Shown here piece after piece: positions 48,517 to 58,121 of a stretch of DNA of 64,000 nucleotides; the stretch's first letter is position 1, and the number at the start of each line of letters is the position of its first letter. A program made the position numbers and the translations under genes. The DNA lies in contig CAXXGI010000001.1 in the NCBI GenBank assembly GCA_963674695.2, positions 832,001-896,000 of the forward strand. The letters are read 5' to 3'. Under the pieces are notes generated by a model. It was given only the letters and a program-made list of their open reading frames with translations. It was not told the origin of the DNA and did not search any database. Origin of the DNA: a bacterium. GTDB lineage: Bacteria; UBA10199; 2-02-FULL-44-16; JAAZCA01.

Positions 48517-49461
48517 TTACACCAAAACCTTCAGCCTCGCGCCGTCGAGGAGCTCTTCGCAGACATCGTCGAAGGAGAGCCCCTCGTATGCGGCCGCCAT
48601 CGGCACGAGTGAGAGTTCGGTCATGCCGGGGATCGTATTGATCTCCAGAAAAACCTCCCCCCCTTCATCGGGAACGATGAAATCGGCGCGCGCGGTCCCC
48701 TCGCATTCGAGCATGGCCGCCACCGTTTCGCTCCATCCCTGCAAGCGCCCCGCCACATCCGCATCGATGCGCGCGGGGACGATATATTCAGTCATCCCCT
48801 TCGTGTACTTCGATGCGTAGTCGTAGAATCCACCCTTCGGCGCAATCTCGAGCGGCGTGAGCGCACGCCCATTGATGAGTCCTACGGTCACCTCACGCCC
48901 AGCGATATAGCGCTCGACCAAAATCTTCGCATCGGACTGCGCCGCCTGCGAAAGTGCCGCCGCGAGTTCATCGCGTGCATGCACGATCGACATGTTGATC
49001 GTCGACCCCTCGCGCGCAGGCTTGACCACGACGGGAAGATCGATATTCAGATCGGCGGCAAACGCGGCTGCATCATCGAAAGCACTCTGAAAACAGACCT
49101 CGTGCGGAATCGGAATGCCCATCTCCTCGACCAACCGATTGCAGATCGCTTTGTCCATCGCCACTGCCGACCCCATCACGCCGGCGCCGGTATAGGGAAT
49201 GCGCAACACCTCGAGCAGACCCTGCACACAGCCATCCTCACCGAAGCGTCCGTGCAGGGCGATGAGCGCCACATCGGGCCGATCCTCCTCGATCGCCTGT
49301 ACCAGTATCGCCCCATCGGTGTAGTCGATACGTCGCACCGCATATCCTCGGCGGTCCAGCCCATCAGCGATGGCGTTTCCCGTGCGGAGCGCGATCTCCC
49401 GTTCACGGGAGATGCCCCCCATGATCACCGCCACTTTTTTCTCTTTCCATCGACCTGCCAT
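48517..49461 (-). CDS. ddl: D-alanine--D-alanine ligase
   Basis: GG.SRERE, LHGRFGEDG, YDYASKY, EINTIPGMT. Confidence 0.96.
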   Translation of the reverse strand: MAGRWKEKKVAVIMGGISREREIALRTGNAIADGLDRRGYAVRRIDYTDGAILVQAIEEDRPDVALIALHGRFGEDGCVQGLLEVLRIPYTGAGVMGSAVAMDKAICNRLVEEMGIPIPHEVCFQSAFDDAAAFAADLNIDLPVVVKPAREGSTINMSIVHARDELAAALSQAAQSDAKILVERYIAGREVTVGLINGRALTPLEIAPKGGFYDYASKYTKGMTEYIVPARIDADVAGRLQGWSETVAAMLECEGTARADFIVPDEGGEVFLEINTIPGMTELSLVPMAAAYEGLSFDDVCEELLDGARLKVLV

Positions 49462-49462
49462 A

Positions 49463-50356
49463 TCACTTCTCCCCGATGACGCTGATCGTCGGTTCCAAAA
49501 CGACATCCGCTCCGTCACGCACGCGATCTCGCACGAGGCTCACGAGCACGGCAACATCGCGCGCACGCGCCTGCTCCGTCAGGATGATCACGTTGGCATC
49601 CTCGTCCCAGATGCGTGCCCCCCCGACGCGCACGCCGATGAGCCCCACCTCGTCGATGAGGGTGGCGGCAGAAACCCGGGCGTCGTCGTGAAAGACATGC
49701 GCGATATGCATCAGCTCCGCCGGCGTCTGCGTCGAAGCGCGTGACTCCTGTTCGGCAACACCCTCCTTGCGCGCGAGACGAAACCGAACCCGCAGAAGAG
49801 CCACCGTGCGGGGAATCTTGATGAGCCCCCGATCGCGATTGATGCCCGTCCCCTTCATCGTCAACTCGCGTCCATCGCGCATCAGGATCGTGATCTCCTC
49901 GACGGCGTCGGCCAGACCCACCACGCCGCGGATGAGCGCACCAGCCACCGTACCGCGATATCCGAAGGCCATCTCGACCCCGGAGAGAGACTGTCCCTCG
50001 CAGAGATGCACCAGATCCTGTACCGGCGCTCCCGCGCCGACGATGGCGAAGGTCGCATCCCCTTCGACCTGCACCTGGGGCGCCTGCGCAAAGGCAACGC
50101 TCATCTGAATGGCCAGACCGTGCATACCGCCCTCGCGGACGACGAGTCCGCCGCCACAGCCCCAGAAGCGATAGTCCACCTCCTGCTCACTCGCCCATGC
50201 GAGTACGCGCTTGAGCTCCTCGCGATCGGCCGGCATCACAAGCGCCTCAATCGCGCCGCCCACACCGTGGGAGCAGTGCGCCGCCATCGACGCATCAAAG
50301 CACACGCGCTCCTCGGAAAGAATCGCCTGCAGTTCTTCTCGCTGCTCGCGGCTCAA
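49463..50356 (-). CDS. murB: MurB-like FAD-binding protein, catalytic motifs degenerate
   Basis: Position between murC and ddl; MurB fold remnants (GVGG, VGAG, LSGVE, GTVAGA, RVGGA); TTG start with AGGAG inferred. Confidence 0.7.
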   Translation of the reverse strand: MSREQREELQAILSEERVCFDASMAAHCSHGVGGAIEALVMPADREELKRVLAWASEQEVDYRFWGCGGGLVVREGGMHGLAIQMSVAFAQAPQVQVEGDATFAIVGAGAPVQDLVHLCEGQSLSGVEMAFGYRGTVAGALIRGVVGLADAVEEITILMRDGRELTMKGTGINRDRGLIKIPRTVALLRVRFRLARKEGVAEQESRASTQTPAELMHIAHVFHDDARVSAATLIDEVGLIGVRVGGARIWDEDANVIILTEQARARDVAVLVSLVRDRVRDGADVVLEPTISVIGEK

Positions 50357-50394
50357 ACGCTTGTCCGTCTCCTGCTCGCGTTCGAAGCGCGCTC

Positions 50395-51783
50395 TCAGCC
50401 GCGGCGAGATCCCCGAGAGGTCAAGCCCTTCGAGAAAGCCTTCGCCGTCTGCGTGATGTTCCCCGCTCCCAGGAAGAGGATCACATCCTCCTTCCGGCAC
50501 CAGGGCCCCAGCGTCGACAGCACGTTCTCCATCGTCGGAGCAAAGGCCGCCATCTTCTTCGGGTACCGTTTGCACAGCTCTTTCCATAGTCGTTCTCCTG
50601 TATAGGTTTTGCGAGGTCTCTCCCCCGCCGGATAGACGTCCATCACCACGATCGCATCCGCTTCGCGCAGTGCGGTCAGAAATTCATCGAAGTGTGCTGC
50701 AAGCCGTGAATAGCGATGCGGCTGAATGACCGCCACGATCCGCGCCTTCGGCCACCCGGAACGCGCCGCCGCGAGCGTCGCCTGGATCTCGGCCGGGTGA
50801 TGCGCATAGTCGTCGACCACGATGGGCCCAGTGCGCTTGAGGATTTGAAAACGCCGTTTCACGCCGGTGAACCCCCGCAGGGCAGAGCGCACGGTCGCAA
50901 AGGGGATGTCCAGGTGACGCGCCACCGCGATCGTCGCCAGGGCATTGAGCGCATGATGCGAACCGGTCATGTTGAGCGTCACCGCCCCCATGAGATCGCC
51001 GCGATAGAGCACCTCGAAGGAGAGGCGATCGGCCTTCTGCACGATGCGCCGTGCGATATAGTCCGCGCCCTTGCCCCCATAGGTGATGCAGGGACGGGTC
51101 ATGCGCGGCAGCAGACGGCGCACGACCGGACAAGCGCTGCAGGCGACGATCGCCCCATAGAAGGGAACCTTTTCGGCGAACGCGACGAACGAGCCGGTCA
51201 GATCGCTGAAGTCCCGATAGTTCTCCATGTGTTCCCGATCGATATTCGTGATGACCCCGACCGTCGGCGTGAGTTTCAGGAAGGATCGATCGGATTCGTC
51301 CGCCTCGGCGACGAGAAAATCACCGCGCCCGAGCTTGGCATTCGAACGAAGGCTGTTGACCTTGCCCCCGATGATGAGCGTGGGATCGAACCCCGCGCGA
51401 TCGAGGACGCAGCCGATAAGCGAGGTCGTCGAGGTCTTGCCGTGCGTACCGGCCACCGCCACGCCGTACTTCAAGCGCATGAGTTCCGCCAGCATTTCGG
51501 CGCGCCCGACGACGGCGATGCCGGCGCGAACCGCTGCGCGCACCTCGGGGTTTGTCTCCGCAACCGCCGAAGAGATCACCACGACGTGTGCACCCTCGAT
51601 ATGCTTCCCCTTATGCCCGAGGAAGATCCGCGCGCCCAGACGCTTGAGGCGCTTGGTCGTATCGCTCGCCTTGATGTCGGAGCCCGTCACGCGATAGCCG
51701 AGCGTGAGCAGGACCTCGGCGATGCCGCTCATGCCGATGCCGCCGATGCCGACGAAGTGAATCTGTTGGTACTTTTTAAACAT
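50395..51783 (-). CDS. murC: UDP-N-acetylmuramate--L-alanine ligase
   Basis: HFVGIGGIGMSG, GTHGKT, EADESD, DDYAHHP, QPHRYSR. Confidence 0.97.
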   Translation of the reverse strand: MFKKYQQIHFVGIGGIGMSGIAEVLLTLGYRVTGSDIKASDTTKRLKRLGARIFLGHKGKHIEGAHVVVISSAVAETNPEVRAAVRAGIAVVGRAEMLAELMRLKYGVAVAGTHGKTSTTSLIGCVLDRAGFDPTLIIGGKVNSLRSNAKLGRGDFLVAEADESDRSFLKLTPTVGVITNIDREHMENYRDFSDLTGSFVAFAEKVPFYGAIVACSACPVVRRLLPRMTRPCITYGGKGADYIARRIVQKADRLSFEVLYRGDLMGAVTLNMTGSHHALNALATIAVARHLDIPFATVRSALRGFTGVKRRFQILKRTGPIVVDDYAHHPAEIQATLAAARSGWPKARIVAVIQPHRYSRLAAHFDEFLTALREADAIVVMDVYPAGERPRKTYTGERLWKELCKRYPKKMAAFAPTMENVLSTLGPWCRKEDVILFLGAGNITQTAKAFSKGLTSRGSRRG

Positions 51784-51787
51784 AAGC

Positions 51788-51880
51788 TCGTGGTCTCGTA
51801 AATCGTGGTCTCGTGGTCTCGTGAATCGTGAGATCGTGGGGTCGTTTAAAAACGAGACCACGAGACCACGATTCACGATC
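51788..51880. repeat. Inverted octamer micro-array
   Basis: (TCGTGGTC-like)x7 facing (ACGAGACC-like)x3-4 between murG and murC. Confidence 0.85.
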
Positions 51881-52981
51881 CTACGAAATAAGTTTTAAAC
51901 TCTCTTCCGCAATGCAGCGTGCCGCATCCGGATGACCCGCTTTCGCAAGCGCCGCGCGCATGTGCTCCATCAGGTTCGGCGTCGACAACAGGTGGCGCAC
52001 TTCATAGGCCAGACGCTGACCCGTGCAGGCCGTATCGTTGATGAGTACCGCCCCGCCTACTCGCACCAGCGCCAGGGCATTGGCCCGTTGGTGATCGTCG
52101 GCGGCATACGGATAGGGGACCAGGATCGACGGAATGCCGAGGGCGGCGACCTCCGCCACGGTCCCAGCGCCGGAACGCGCGATGACCAGATCGGCCTTGG
52201 CATAGCACTCCCAGATGCGATCGCAGAAGGGGAAGACCTCCGCATCAAGACCCGCGTCGGCATAGCTGCTCCGAATCGCCTCGACATCGTCGTTGGCGCC
52301 CGCCTGGTGCAAGAGCCGCACCGTGCCCTCCAGCTGCGCGATCTCGCCCGCCGCCTGGGCCATGGCCCGGTTGAGCGTGCGTGCGCCCTGCGAACCCCCG
52401 AAGACGAAGAGGGTGAGCGACTGCGCATCGCCGGATGCCTCCCGGCGCGTCTCGACCACCTCGCGGCGAATCGGGTTTCCCGTGACGATCGCGCGGCCCG
52501 GCGCGAAAAAACGCCGCGCCTCATCGAAGGCGACGCAGACGCGTCGCGCAAAGCGACCCAACAAACGGTTGGTCATGCCGGCGATCGCATTCGGCTCGAC
52601 GATCACGATGGGTACGCGCAGGATCCAGGCGGCCACACAGATGGGGCCTGCCACGTATCCCCCGATGCTGATCACAAGGCGAGGCCGCTCGCGGTGCACG
52701 AGTTTCAAGGCACGCACGATCGCAACCGGAAGACTCGCCCAGGCGACCAGATGACCAAAACCCTTGCGATCCTTGATCGAGTGGGCCGACATCACCGCAA
52801 GGCGATAGCCCTGAGGAGGAACGAGCGTCGCCTCCACACCGCGTTCGGTGCCGACGAAGAAGATCTCGGCCTCCGGACGCAAGCGCGCCACCTCGGCCGC
52901 GACCGCCAGGCCCGGGAAGACATGCCCGCCCGTGCCGCCTGCCGCGATAAGCACCTTGAGCTGTTTCGCTTCTTTCGTCAT
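51881..52981 (-). CDS. murG: Lipid I N-acetylglucosaminyltransferase
   Basis: GGTGGH.FP, GGY, TGNPIR, GGSQGA, RSGA, DHQ..NA. Confidence 0.96.
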   Translation of the reverse strand: MTKEAKQLKVLIAAGGTGGHVFPGLAVAAEVARLRPEAEIFFVGTERGVEATLVPPQGYRLAVMSAHSIKDRKGFGHLVAWASLPVAIVRALKLVHRERPRLVISIGGYVAGPICVAAWILRVPIVIVEPNAIAGMTNRLLGRFARRVCVAFDEARRFFAPGRAIVTGNPIRREVVETRREASGDAQSLTLFVFGGSQGARTLNRAMAQAAGEIAQLEGTVRLLHQAGANDDVEAIRSSYADAGLDAEVFPFCDRIWECYAKADLVIARSGAGTVAEVAALGIPSILVPYPYAADDHQRANALALVRVGGAVLINDTACTGQRLAYEVRHLLSTPNLMEHMRAALAKAGHPDAARCIAEESLKLIS

Positions 52982-53032
52982 CTCACCCCTCTGCCTTCCT
53001 CGCCCTTCACCCTTCGTCTTTCGCTTCCCACC

Positions 53033-54169
53033 CTACCATGCCCGATCCACTCGCTTATAGGTCGAGAGGTTGAGCAAAATTCCAACCGCTGTCAGCGACA
53101 TCACCAGCGACGATCCGCCATAGCTGATAAAGGGCAGCGCCAACCCCTTGGTGGGCAAAAGCCCCATGACGACCCCCATGTTGAGCACGCCGCCGAGCAC
53201 GACCAACATCGTGCAGCCGATCGCGAGATACCGTCCGAAGAGATCCGGCGCATCCAATGCGATGCGCAGGCCCCGATAACAGAAGAACCCGAAGAGCACG
53301 ATCACGAAGATCACGCCCACGAGCCCCAACTCCTCCCCGACGACGGAGAAGATAAAATCGGTATGCGCCTCGGGCAAGTAGAAGAGCTTCTGTTGGCCCT
53401 GCCCCAGACCGCGCCCGAACCAGCCCCCCTCGTTGAAGGCGACGAACGACTGGATCATCTGAAAACCCGACCCGTACTGATCGTCCCACGGGTTGAGAAA
53501 GGCCAACACGCGCTGACGTCGATAGGGGGAAGAGGCCACCAACATCACCGCGATCGGAATGGCCGCCCCCAACATCCCCAGCAGATACGGAAGCCGTACG
53601 CCCGCGACGTACATCATCAACCAGGTGATGATGGTGATGGTCACCGCCGCACCGAAGTCGCGCTGGTAGAGGATGCAGGACGCGACCACCCCCATGAAGA
53701 GGACGTGCGGCAGAAACCCGACGCCGAAGCTCCTGATCCGCCGCGACTTCTTCTCGAGCGAATAGGCCAGGAAGATGATCATCGCGATTTTGGCCGCCTC
53801 CGAGGGCTGGAAGGTGACGGGGCCGACGCGCAACCAGCGCGTCGCGCCACCGATGGTGCGTCCCACGCCCGGAATGTAGACGGCCAGCACCAACCCCAAC
53901 GCCCCCAGGAGAATCGGATAGACCAGGCGCCGATACTGCCCGTAGGAGAAGCGCGTCGCCAGCGTCATGAACGTAAAGCCGATGCAGGAGAAGATGATCG
54001 TCCGCTTGAGGAAAAAATAGCTGTCCGAATAACGCTCCTGCGCCAAGACCGCGCTGGCGCTGTAGGTGATGGTGACGCCGATGCCCACCAACATGATCAC
54101 GCAGAAGAGCAGCCACGAGTCGATGTGGACGCGCTGGTAGTCGTGTTGTTCGAAGTCGTTTCGCATCAC
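53033..54169 (-). CDS. ftsW: Peptidoglycan polymerase FtsW
   Basis: GATRW, FQPSE, LPEAHTDF, LPFISYGGSS. Confidence 0.96.
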   Translation of the reverse strand: MMRNDFEQHDYQRVHIDSWLLFCVIMLVGIGVTITYSASAVLAQERYSDSYFFLKRTIIFSCIGFTFMTLATRFSYGQYRRLVYPILLGALGLVLAVYIPGVGRTIGGATRWLRVGPVTFQPSEAAKIAMIIFLAYSLEKKSRRIRSFGVGFLPHVLFMGVVASCILYQRDFGAAVTITIITWLMMYVAGVRLPYLLGMLGAAIPIAVMLVASSPYRRQRVLAFLNPWDDQYGSGFQMIQSFVAFNEGGWFGRGLGQGQQKLFYLPEAHTDFIFSVVGEELGLVGVIFVIVLFGFFCYRGLRIALDAPDLFGRYLAIGCTMLVVLGGVLNMGVVMGLLPTKGLALPFISYGGSSLVMSLTAVGILLNLSTYKRVDRAW

Positions 54170-54174
54170 ATCCC

Positions 54175-55512
54175 TTATGCATGAAGCCCTTTGACCGCGG
54201 CTTGAAACGCCTCGCCGCGGCGAGCGTAATTCTCGAACATATCGAAGCTGGCGCAGGCCGGAGAGAGCAGAACGACATCGCCGGATTGCGCTTCATCCGC
54301 CGCCCAGCGAACCGCCTCCTCCATCGTCTGGGCGCGCGCGATCGGCGCGACATCCCGCAGCGCCTCCTCCATCTCGTCGGCGGCCTCACCGATGAGGATC
54401 GCCTGCCGAACCCGCCCGCGCATCGCATCGGAGAGCTCGGAGAAGTTTGCCCCCTTGGCGACCCCGCCAGCGATCAGCACGATCGGACGGGAAAACGCGC
54501 GAATCGCCTGAATGGTCGCGCCGACGTTGGTCCCTTTCGAATCGTCGATAAAGCGCACGCCCTCGATTTCGTCGATGAAGGTAAGCCGATGCGCAAGTCC
54601 CGCAAAACTCGAAAGTCCTGCGCGCAACGCCTCCGGCTCCGCCCCCAGAAGCCGCGTCGCGATCAGCGCCGCGAGCATGTTCTCCTGGTTGTGCCGACCG
54701 AGGAGCTGTGCCGTGGAGATATCGTAGCGTTCGGGCTCTCCCCCGGGGAGCTGCACCACGAGCGCATCCCCATCGAGGGCAGCCGCCGCATCGAACGGCA
54801 TCATCCGACAGGTCGCCGTGCGCACCGCATCGCACACCACCGGATCGGCGGCATTGACCACCGCCCACCCCTGCCGGGGCACCTGATGGATGAGCTGCGC
54901 CTTGGCCGCGACATAGGCGGCAAACGACCCATGACGATCGAGGTGATCGGGAGTCGCATTGAGCCAGATGGCAACCTGAGGTGCGAGCGACGGCGTCGTC
55001 TCGATCTGAAAACTCGACACCTCCAGGACCACCACCTCGGCGCGATTGGCCGCTTCGAGATCTTCCAGAATCGGCGTTCCGATATTGCCCGCCACCAGGG
55101 GGGCGAGTCCCGCGCGCTCGAGCAGATGTCCGATGAGCGCCGTGGTCGTCGTCTTGCCATTGGTCCCGGTCACCGCGACGATGGGCCGCACGATGCGTTG
55201 TACGGCCAGTTCCATCTCGCCGACGACGGCCAAGCCGCGCGCACGCGCCGCCTGAATGCTCGGCAGGTCGAGGGGAACGCCTGGGCTGACGATCAGACAG
55301 GCAGCCTCATCGGAAATGACCGGATCGCGCTGACCCAACGACCAGGTCACCGGCAACCCCGTCAACTTCTCGCGCACCTGTGCGAGCTCGGCCTCTCCCT
55401 TTTCATCGCAACACTGCACGCGCGCACCGTGGGCCACACAGAACCGCGCCGCAGCGACACCGGAACGCCCCATCCCGATCACAACGACCTTTTTTCCCTC
55501 GAGCGCGATCAT
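54175..55512 (-). CDS. murD: UDP-MurNAc-L-Ala--D-glutamate ligase
   Basis: GTNGKTT, EVSSFQ, DHLDRH, DDSKGTN, SPACASFD. Confidence 0.96.
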   Translation of the reverse strand: MIALEGKKVVVIGMGRSGVAAARFCVAHGARVQCCDEKGEAELAQVREKLTGLPVTWSLGQRDPVISDEAACLIVSPGVPLDLPSIQAARARGLAVVGEMELAVQRIVRPIVAVTGTNGKTTTTALIGHLLERAGLAPLVAGNIGTPILEDLEAANRAEVVVLEVSSFQIETTPSLAPQVAIWLNATPDHLDRHGSFAAYVAAKAQLIHQVPRQGWAVVNAADPVVCDAVRTATCRMMPFDAAAALDGDALVVQLPGGEPERYDISTAQLLGRHNQENMLAALIATRLLGAEPEALRAGLSSFAGLAHRLTFIDEIEGVRFIDDSKGTNVGATIQAIRAFSRPIVLIAGGVAKGANFSELSDAMRGRVRQAILIGEAADEMEEALRDVAPIARAQTMEEAVRWAADEAQSGDVVLLSPACASFDMFENYARRGEAFQAAVKGLHA

Positions 55513-55588
55513 CCTCTTCCTTCGTCGACTGCCGCCTTGGCCGTCGGCTCACTGTTCACCGTTTACGATTCACCGTTCACCATTTTCA

Positions 55589-56665
55589 TCACCTCAGTTT
55601 CAACGTCGCCAAGCTCGCCAGCGCCAGGATCATCGCGATGATCCAGAAACGCACGATCACCTTCGACTCGGGCCACCCCTTCAACTCAAAGTGGTGGTGC
55701 AGAGGCGCCATGCGAAAGACGCGCCTGCCCGTCAGCTTGAACGAAATAACCTGCGTGATGACCGAGAGCGTCTCCAAGACGAAGATGCCCCCGATGAGCA
55801 CGAGCAAAATTTCATTCTTCGTCACCACCGCGACATACCCGAGCAGCGCCCCGAGCGGAAGGGAGCCCACATCCCCCATGAAGATCGACGCGGGATGCGA
55901 GTTGTACCAGAGGAACCCGACCAGCGCCCCCACGACCGCCGCGCAGGCCACCGCCAACTCGCCGCTGCCGGTCACCGCCGGGACAGAGAGGTAGCCGGCG
56001 ATCTGCGCATGTCCGGCGATGTAGGCCAGAACCCCATAGGCGAGAAAGGCAACCATCGAGGGGACGCTCACCAACCCATCGAGACCGTCGGTCAGGTTGA
56101 CCGCATTGGAGGCCCCCACCACCACGAGCACCGCAAACGGGATGGCCACCCAACCCAGATCGGGGGTGAGCCCCTTGAAGAAGGGAACGGCGAGGATGCG
56201 CGACAGGCCGATCACATCGTAGAGGATGAGCATGAGCACCGTCGCCACCAGGAGCTGGATCGGAAATTTCCAACGCGCCCGCAACCCCTTGGGATCGCGC
56301 AGGATCACCTTGCGATAGTCGTCGATAAAACCGATGAGGCCAAACCCTATGATGACGCCGATGCCCAGCAGAACGAACGGATCCAAAAAACGCGACCAGA
56401 GCAGCATGGAGATGAGGACCGAACCCCAGACGAGCAGGCCCCCCATCGTCGGCGTCCCGCTCTTATCCATATGGGTCACCGGACCGTCGTCGCGCACCGT
56501 CTGCCAAAACTGCTTTCGCGAGAGGATCGCGATGAGTTTTTTTCCAAAGAGAAAATAGATGAGCATCGCCGTAAAGGCGGCCATCAACATGCGAAAGGTG
56601 ATGTAGCGAAAGACGTTGAACCCAACGAATGTCTCCCGCAGCGGATAGAGCAGATAATAAATCAT
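55589..56665 (-). CDS. mraY: Phospho-MurNAc-pentapeptide transferase
   Basis: TPTMGG, DDY, NAVNLTDGLDGL, FMGD.GS, MAPLHHHFE. Confidence 0.97.
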   Translation of the reverse strand: MIYYLLYPLRETFVGFNVFRYITFRMLMAAFTAMLIYFLFGKKLIAILSRKQFWQTVRDDGPVTHMDKSGTPTMGGLLVWGSVLISMLLWSRFLDPFVLLGIGVIIGFGLIGFIDDYRKVILRDPKGLRARWKFPIQLLVATVLMLILYDVIGLSRILAVPFFKGLTPDLGWVAIPFAVLVVVGASNAVNLTDGLDGLVSVPSMVAFLAYGVLAYIAGHAQIAGYLSVPAVTGSGELAVACAAVVGALVGFLWYNSHPASIFMGDVGSLPLGALLGYVAVVTKNEILLVLIGGIFVLETLSVITQVISFKLTGRRVFRMAPLHHHFELKGWPESKVIVRFWIIAMILALASLATLKLR

Positions 56666-56730
56666 GGTTCATCCTTCGTGGTTCGTTATTCGTGGTTCGT
56701 GTTTCGTCATTCGAACAACGAATAACGGCT

Positions 56731-58119
56731 TTAACCCATGCCGATCGTTTCCTTGAGATGACTCACCGCGCGTTCCATCCGCATACCGCGCGACCCCTTC
56801 ACCAGCAGCACATCGCCCGTGCGCAGCGTCTCCATCAACCACGCGATGAGTTCCTCCATCGTGCTGCACGCCTGCACCGCCTTTGCGGGAAGCCCCGCCT
56901 CGCGCGCGCCAGCGGCCACCGCCTCAGCGAATGTCCCCAGCGTCACCAACTGTTCCACGCCCATACAGACCGCGTCATGCCCCAGCTGCCGATGGAGCGC
57001 TGCCGCCTGATCGCCCATCTCGAGCATATCGCCAAGCGCCGCGACAAAGTGTCCGGCCCGACGAGCCGCACCGACCGCGCGAAAGGCCGCGCGCATCGAC
57101 TCAGGATTGGCGTTATAGGAGTCGTTCACAAGCCGCACGCCGTCCATGAGCTGAATGCGCTCAAAGCGCATGGGCATCGGTCGAAACTGTTCCAGACGAT
57201 GGGCGGATTCATTCACATCCATCCCCAACGCCACTCCCACAGCGATCGCCGCCATCGCGTTCATCACATTGTGTGCGCCGGGCACCGGAAGGCGCAGTTC
57301 GACCTCATGGCCATGCACCGCAAGTTTAAGCTGCATCGCCTCGAGCCCCTCGGTCTCCATGTGGAGAAAGCGCACGTCGTGATCGTTCTGCATGCCGAAG
57401 GTGATGCGCGGACCGCGACGAAGAGCAGCCATCTTCATCACCCATGGGTCCTCGCCGTTGACGACGATGAAGGCGTGCGGACCCATCTCCTGAAAGAGTT
57501 CGGCCTTAGCCCTGGCGACCGCTTCGACGGTATGCAGCTTCTCCAGGTGCGCTGCGGTGACGTTCGTGATCACGCCGATGGTAGGACGCGCGATCTGTGC
57601 CAACCGCGCGATCTCGCCGGGTGCATTCATTCCCATCTCGATGACCGCCACCGCATGTTCCGACTTCCAGCGAAGCACGGTCAGCGGCATCCCGATGAGG
57701 TTGTTGAAGTTCCCCTCCGTCTTGAGGACCTCACCGGCCTGTGCGAGCACGGCAGCGATCATCTCCTTGGTCGTCGACTTGCCGTTGCTTCCGGTGACCG
57801 CCACGCAGGGGACGTCGAACCGACTGCGCCACCAGAAGGCGAGATCTCCGAGCGCCTGCACCGTGTCCTCGACGGCGATGGCCGGCAGCATCGGCGGGAG
57901 CGCGTGTCCCTGGTGCACGATGGCAGCCGAGACCTCTTTGCGCTTGGCCTCTTCCAAAAAGTCGTGTCCGTCAAAATGCGCGCCCGGGATGGCGACGTAG
58001 AGTTCGCGCGGCGCGATCGTGCGCGTATCGATGCCAACCCCTTCGCCATAGACCATCTCATCGCCCTGAATGATGCGACCGCCGACGACCTGTGTAATGT
58101 CTCCGAGACGAAAGCGCAT
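56731..58119 (-). CDS. murF: UDP-MurNAc-tripeptide--D-Ala-D-Ala ligase
   Basis: GSNGKSTTK, NFNN.IG, EMGM, NDSYNANP, KGSRG. Confidence 0.96.
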   Translation of the reverse strand: MRFRLGDITQVVGGRIIQGDEMVYGEGVGIDTRTIAPRELYVAIPGAHFDGHDFLEEAKRKEVSAAIVHQGHALPPMLPAIAVEDTVQALGDLAFWWRSRFDVPCVAVTGSNGKSTTKEMIAAVLAQAGEVLKTEGNFNNLIGMPLTVLRWKSEHAVAVIEMGMNAPGEIARLAQIARPTIGVITNVTAAHLEKLHTVEAVARAKAELFQEMGPHAFIVVNGEDPWVMKMAALRRGPRITFGMQNDHDVRFLHMETEGLEAMQLKLAVHGHEVELRLPVPGAHNVMNAMAAIAVGVALGMDVNESAHRLEQFRPMPMRFERIQLMDGVRLVNDSYNANPESMRAAFRAVGAARRAGHFVAALGDMLEMGDQAAALHRQLGHDAVCMGVEQLVTLGTFAEAVAAGAREAGLPAKAVQACSTMEELIAWLMETLRTGDVLLVKGSRGMRMERAVSHLKETIGMG

Positions 58120-58121
58120 TT

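Noticed and set aside
50357-50587. N-terminal extension of the MurB-like ORF
   Set aside because: Overlaps the murC 3' end; TTG at 50356 with upstream AGGAG gives a normal MurB length
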